From positions 1 through 27,008 of the forward strand of contig JAYPJE010000038.1 in NCBI GenBank assembly GCA_038128265.1: a stretch of DNA of 27,008 nt, in the 5' to 3' direction. Of the stretch, positions 22,895-27,008 are shown in pieces. The position numbers and the translations under genes are program-made. The stretch comes from Gemmatimonadota bacterium. GTDB taxonomy: Bacteria; Latescibacterota; UBA2968; UBA8231. Below the pieces are notes generated by a model. It saw only the letters and a program-made list of their open reading frames with translations. It had not been told where the DNA came from and did not search any database. Position 1 is the first letter of the stretch. The number at the start of each line of letters is the position of its first letter.

Positions 22895-25546
22895 GTGAGA
22901 CGTAATCCGCTCATACTGTTGGCCTGCCTGTCCGTCCTGTTGCTCTGCACGGCACGCCAGTCCACAGCCCAAAGCGTCACGGGGTATGAAAACCCCTACT
23001 ACACCACCGGCACCGAACTTTCGCCGGCAACGCTCGTGCCTTCTGTGCGCAAGTGGTACCTGCCGCAGCGTCTGTATTCGCTCTACGATTGGCGCCAAGA
23101 ACAGTACTCCAACTACGCGCGCAACAACTACGAGCGCTACACCGACGTCTTCTTAGAGGGCACGCCGTTCTACGACATATACGGCGACTACATAACCCAG
23201 GGATGGCTGGTATACGACTGGACGGAAGACTATCCGGTAGACAATGGCAGTATCATCACCAAGAATCCCAAGTTTCGCTCCTGGTTTAACAACTTGCTCA
23301 TCTCGTCGAGCCATTCGGGAGAATTTCACTCGTCGCTGATGGTCGGCGATGGCATCCGCACTACGCTGACGCCGCTAACCTTCTCAAAGCCCCGCTTTGA
23401 CGGCATCCAGTGGGATTTTATGACCGACAAATACGCCGTAACCCTGCTGTCATCGCGCGTGAGCAACACCGGTGAAATATCCAGCACGGAAATTGGCGGC
23501 GGCGTGCAGGCCGGCACGTTTACCAACCTGATGGCGGCGCGCGGCCGCGTGCAGGTCGGTGACTTTGCTAGCATGGGGGCAACGTTTGTCAACGCGGCGC
23601 ATCGCAACTCAAATGTGCCCTTCGGCGACAACTCGCTCAGCGGTTTGCTGAGCGGCCCGATGAACTCCGACTTTGTGCGCTCCATCGTGGTGCGCATATC
23701 GGATGACTCGCCCGAAGACGGCGAGGGCGGCGCGCTGCTATCGCGCTGGCGCATCTTTGTAAATGGCGTCGAACACACCGACGACATCATACCGACCGTC
23801 GAAGGCGGCGTGCGCCGACGCGGCGTCATCGAGGCCAGCGGCACAGACGTGATCACCCTGACTTTCAACATCGAAGATTTCTCGCCGAGCGTAGAGGATG
23901 AAATCGACGACTTCCGCGAAATTGAGCGCGTGGAAATCGGTCTGGTCTTGGCCAACGACTACCGCGTCGACATCACGTCCAACAAGCAGACCAACAACCT
24001 CGGCACGCCGGTCTACCTGCCCGTGCTGCGCGCCTCGGGCAATGTGAAAGACGGATCTAACCAGACCTTTCACCGCTTCAGCTACGGCTTGCCTACCGCA
24101 ACGCGCATGCTGGGATTTGACCTGTCCATTGCCGACGTGGGCGGTCTCGATATTAAGGGTGAATTCGTGCGCAACTTCCAGTATCGTCGCTTTCCCAACG
24201 AAAATTTTCCACGCGACCAGAAGCGCGCCACCAACAAGGCCGACGCCTTCTACTTAACCGCGCAGAAGCGCAGCTATCCGTGGACGGTTTATGGCGAATT
24301 ATTCAGCATTGATCCGGACTATAGCACGCGCGCCTTTATGCCCAATGCCGAAGGTCAGGTGTTCTACGATAACGAGCAGCGCCACATATACGAATTTGTC
24401 GACGACAACGACGACCAGGACGAACTGCCAGACTGGACGCGCCGTTCGTATGGCACCCGCGTCAATACGCGCCAAGGGCAGGGCCTATACGCCGATGCGG
24501 CCGTCTTTCCGGGCATCGACGAAGACAACGACGACATATCCGATTTCAACCGCAACTTCAATTCGCAGCCCGACTACGACGAACCCTTTCTGCGCTTTGA
24601 AGTCGAGTCACCGGATTTTCTCTTCGGCTTGGATATGAACAACAACGGCGTTATCGACCGCTTTGAAGACGACGAAGAGGCCGACTACCCCTACAAGCTA
24701 GGCCGCAGGGGATACAACGCCTATGCCACCGTCGAGATCGTTCCACGCGCCACGCTCATGGTCGGCTACTTGGACCAGCGCCTGCTAAAAACTTCGCGTG
24801 AAAACCAGTCGGCCTACATGCTGTTAACCGCGAAAAAAGAATACCCAGAGCGCGACCTGAGCGTGTGGATGGTCGTCAATCCGCGCAAAGTGAAGGACGA
24901 CATACCCGACGATGTGCTGCTGTGGAAAGACCTGCCAGGCACGTTTGGGCGTTCGATCTTTACCCGCGACATTCTCGCCGCACGCGATGCGTTTATCAAT
25001 ACCACCTATCTCGAGGTGCACTACGATCGCTATCTACCGCTGACGGCTAAAATCAAGCACGAGTTTTACGATCAGCTCGGTTCGGCTCCCGACGGCCTGC
25101 GCGATCAGAGCTTCTTGGGTGTAGTGACGAAGGGCGAATACGCAACCGACATCCAGCACTGGACGCTCATCCCGCGCTGGAAGCAGATATACAGCGATCG
25201 CACGCCGGCACAGCGCGGCAACCTGAAGCAGCGCGAGCTGACGCAAATCCTTTCGCTGCAAGCCGTCCGCCCCATCAATAAAAACATGCGCTTTATCGCC
25301 GGCAGCGAATACGAGATTTTTAACAACCTGCGCAAAAAGCCCGATCCTCTGCCCTCTGGCTACCTGTTAGATGGCAAGACGTGGATCTTGGCGGCTCAGG
25401 TGGCCAATAGCTCGGCGTATTTGGGCTACTCGCTGACCTCCAACGTCGGCGTGCGCTGGATTCACAGCAATTTCGACGAAGCCCCGGCGGCGTCGGAGTT
25501 CTTCTCCTTTATCAGCGTATACGCTGGATTGGGCACCGAGCGCTAG
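22895..25546 (+). CDS. Large exported hypothetical protein, putative outer-membrane beta-barrel with Asp-rich Ca-binding-like loops
   Basis: GTG start after GGGAGG. Signal peptide STA|Q. Many alternating hydrophobic/aromatic strands (e.g. GYNAYATVEI, LTSNVGVRWI, FFSFISVYAGL). DDNDDQD, DEDNDD and DMNNNGVID loops. The CDS is solid; the barrel call is inference. Confidence 0.75.
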   Translation: MRRNPLILLACLSVLLLCTARQSTAQSVTGYENPYYTTGTELSPATLVPSVRKWYLPQRLYSLYDWRQEQYSNYARNNYERYTDVFLEGTPFYDIYGDYITQGWLVYDWTEDYPVDNGSIITKNPKFRSWFNNLLISSSHSGEFHSSLMVGDGIRTTLTPLTFSKPRFDGIQWDFMTDKYAVTLLSSRVSNTGEISSTEIGGGVQAGTFTNLMAARGRVQVGDFASMGATFVNAAHRNSNVPFGDNSLSGLLSGPMNSDFVRSIVVRISDDSPEDGEGGALLSRWRIFVNGVEHTDDIIPTVEGGVRRRGVIEASGTDVITLTFNIEDFSPSVEDEIDDFREIERVEIGLVLANDYRVDITSNKQTNNLGTPVYLPVLRASGNVKDGSNQTFHRFSYGLPTATRMLGFDLSIADVGGLDIKGEFVRNFQYRRFPNENFPRDQKRATNKADAFYLTAQKRSYPWTVYGELFSIDPDYSTRAFMPNAEGQVFYDNEQRHIYEFVDDNDDQDELPDWTRRSYGTRVNTRQGQGLYADAAVFPGIDEDNDDISDFNRNFNSQPDYDEPFLRFEVESPDFLFGLDMNNNGVIDRFEDDEEADYPYKLGRRGYNAYATVEIVPRATLMVGYLDQRLLKTSRENQSAYMLLTAKKEYPERDLSVWMVVNPRKVKDDIPDDVLLWKDLPGTFGRSIFTRDILAARDAFINTTYLEVHYDRYLPLTAKIKHEFYDQLGSAPDGLRDQSFLGVVTKGEYATDIQHWTLIPRWKQIYSDRTPAQRGNLKQRELTQILSLQAVRPINKNMRFIAGSEYEIFNNLRKKPDPLPSGYLLDGKTWILAAQVANSSAYLGYSLTSNVGVRWIHSNFDEAPAASEFFSFISVYAGLGTER

Positions 25547-25558
25547 TCGCCTCCAAAT

Positions 25559-25596
25559 GCAAAGGGCCGCCGGAATGCTCCGGCGGCCCTTTTTGC
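25559..25596. terminator. Bidirectional intrinsic terminator
   Basis: 14-bp stem AAAGGGCCGCCGGA-ATGC-TCCGGCGGCCCTTT with A and T tails, between convergent genes. Confidence 0.88.
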
Positions 25597-25610
25597 GTCA
25601 TGCCCTCTAA

Positions 25611-26978
25611 TTACTGCGAAAACGCCAGGTCGAGTCCTTCGGAGAAAATCTCTACCTCTCCGTCAAACGCCTCCTTCAGCTCGACCAATAGCTCGTCCAT
25701 CGCCTTGTTCTGCGCGTCGTTTTGCATAGCCGTGCGAATGCTCTCGCGCAAAAACTCAAACTCCGTTACTTTGCCATCTTCGCGCGTAAATTCGCTGATA
25801 TTGGCGTCGTAGAACGCACGCACAGCGTTATCCGATATGGGCGCAGTTCGCTTTGTAACTTCAGCGCGAAAGAGCTTTCCGACAATCAGCTTGTCGCGCT
25901 CTGCGTCCAGTTTGCTGCGAATAGCCTCGTCTCGATCGAGTCCCAGCAAACGCGCTTCCGCTAGCATAATTTGCTTGCCGGCCAGATTGTCTGCGTCTCG
26001 CAGCAGAATATCTCCGGTGCGGCTGCCCGGAGCATGGGCACTGCCTGCGTTGACGGCATCCATATAATCGCCGTCTGTCAGTTGACCGCCGTCCCACGTG
26101 CACAGAGAGCGCTTCAATACGAAAGTATCCGACCATTTGGCCAGCAACTCTTCGTCGCAGCGCAGCTGGTAACGCGCGCGTAGACTGTGCACGTAGCGCT
26201 CCATATCGTCGGCCCGACGCTGCACGAGCGCCTGTTTTTCCATCAGTTCGCGCGCATCGGCAAAATCAATGGCACGGCGCTCGGCCAGACGAAACACGTG
26301 GTATCCCATAGCGGTGAGTACCGGTTGAGGATAGAGGCTGCCAACCGGCATCGTGCTCAGCGGCTTTTTTAGCGGCTCCATCACATCGCCAATCTTAAAC
26401 CATCCCACCCATCCCTTGGGGCCAAAGCGCGCAATAATGTTCTGGGTCGAGTAGGTGCCTACGAGCGATTCGAAAGCCGCGCCGGCATTGAGCGCTTCGA
26501 TAACCTCCAGTGCCCGTTCCTCGCTGGTGCAAACGATGTGCTGGCTCATCACCTCCACGTCGTACTGGTAGTCGTGAAAAAATGTGCGCAGTTCTTCTTC
26601 TGTGAAGCTGTACGACGGCTGAACGGCTTCGCGCTCATACAGCTCCATCATCAACATCTTGCGCTCGCTCTTTTCAATCGTCGTCGCAATCGTCGAGTCG
26701 CGATGGTATCCCCTACGCATACCTTCCATAATTAAGAGCTGGCGAGCGATGATGCCGTCGAGCAACGTTCGTTTGCCCTCGGCGTTGAACTGCGCAACGT
26801 GGCTATAGCCCGTCTGCTTGAGTTCTCTAGCCATGTCTTCAAACTGCTCGACCGATAGTGCTCTATCGCCAATACGCGCAACGAGCACCGTCTCGTCGGC
26901 CAACGCACGTTCCGCACTAGCCAACGCGACTACAACCCATATTAATGCCGAAGCGATAAACATTCTCATAGGCCTCAT
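25611..26978 (-). CDS. Exported parvulin-type peptidyl-prolyl isomerase / SurA-PrsA-like foldase
   Basis: Signal peptide ending ALA|D. VARIGDRALS..LLDGII.RQLL SurA-N-like segment that recurs near the C-terminus. Rotamase motifs QHIV, FESLV..YS, VGWF, PVLTAMGYHVF. Start could be 26978, 26969 or 26963. Confidence 0.82.
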   Translation of the reverse strand: MRPMRMFIASALIWVVVALASAERALADETVLVARIGDRALSVEQFEDMARELKQTGYSHVAQFNAEGKRTLLDGIIARQLLIMEGMRRGYHRDSTIATTIEKSERKMLMMELYEREAVQPSYSFTEEELRTFFHDYQYDVEVMSQHIVCTSEERALEVIEALNAGAAFESLVGTYSTQNIIARFGPKGWVGWFKIGDVMEPLKKPLSTMPVGSLYPQPVLTAMGYHVFRLAERRAIDFADARELMEKQALVQRRADDMERYVHSLRARYQLRCDEELLAKWSDTFVLKRSLCTWDGGQLTDGDYMDAVNAGSAHAPGSRTGDILLRDADNLAGKQIMLAEARLLGLDRDEAIRSKLDAERDKLIVGKLFRAEVTKRTAPISDNAVRAFYDANISEFTREDGKVTEFEFLRESIRTAMQNDAQNKAMDELLVELKEAFDGEVEIFSEGLDLAFSQ

Positions 26979-27008
26979 TCTCTAATGGTGTGCTTAATAG
27001 ACCGAACG

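Noticed and set aside
22895..22927. Possible lipobox LLAC at residue 11 of the 883-aa protein
   Set aside because: The hydrophobic region before the Cys is short and continues past it to a good STA|Q site, so SPI cleavage is more likely. Not fully excluded.

Overview
GC-rich bacterial chromosomal segment with no mobile element, CRISPR array or rRNA visible. The left end holds a truncated TPR protein gene with a long acidic tail (missed by the ORF track). Back-to-back sigma70-type promoters separate it from a tRNA-Lys(CTT), which is followed by a pseudo-receiver/HDOD signalling gene. The middle is a mixed set of metabolic genes: MDR dehydrogenase, alpha/beta-hydrolase-like protein, msrB, uxuA-family dehydratase, pcp, flavin reductase, Fe-ADH, PhyH dioxygenase and eda. 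It ends with three predicted exported enzymes: a Tat class-V PLP enzyme, a signal-peptide RidA and a Tat glycosylasparaginase. The most interesting part is an 11-kb co-directional cluster (14505-25546) of six exported proteins of unknown function. These are a CBM9/DOMON-like protein with a C-terminal 'VESSTWGDIK' tail followed by a strong internal terminator, a lipoprotein, three paralogous discoidin-like proteins ending in T9SS type-B/FlgD-like 'TPNGDGxND' domains, and a putative outer-membrane protein with Ca-binding-like loops. A SurA/PrsA-like PPIase converges on the cluster. This is a candidate undescribed cell-surface assembly or glycan-binding system. The features suggest an FCB-related candidate phylum such as Latescibacterota (inference; no search was run).
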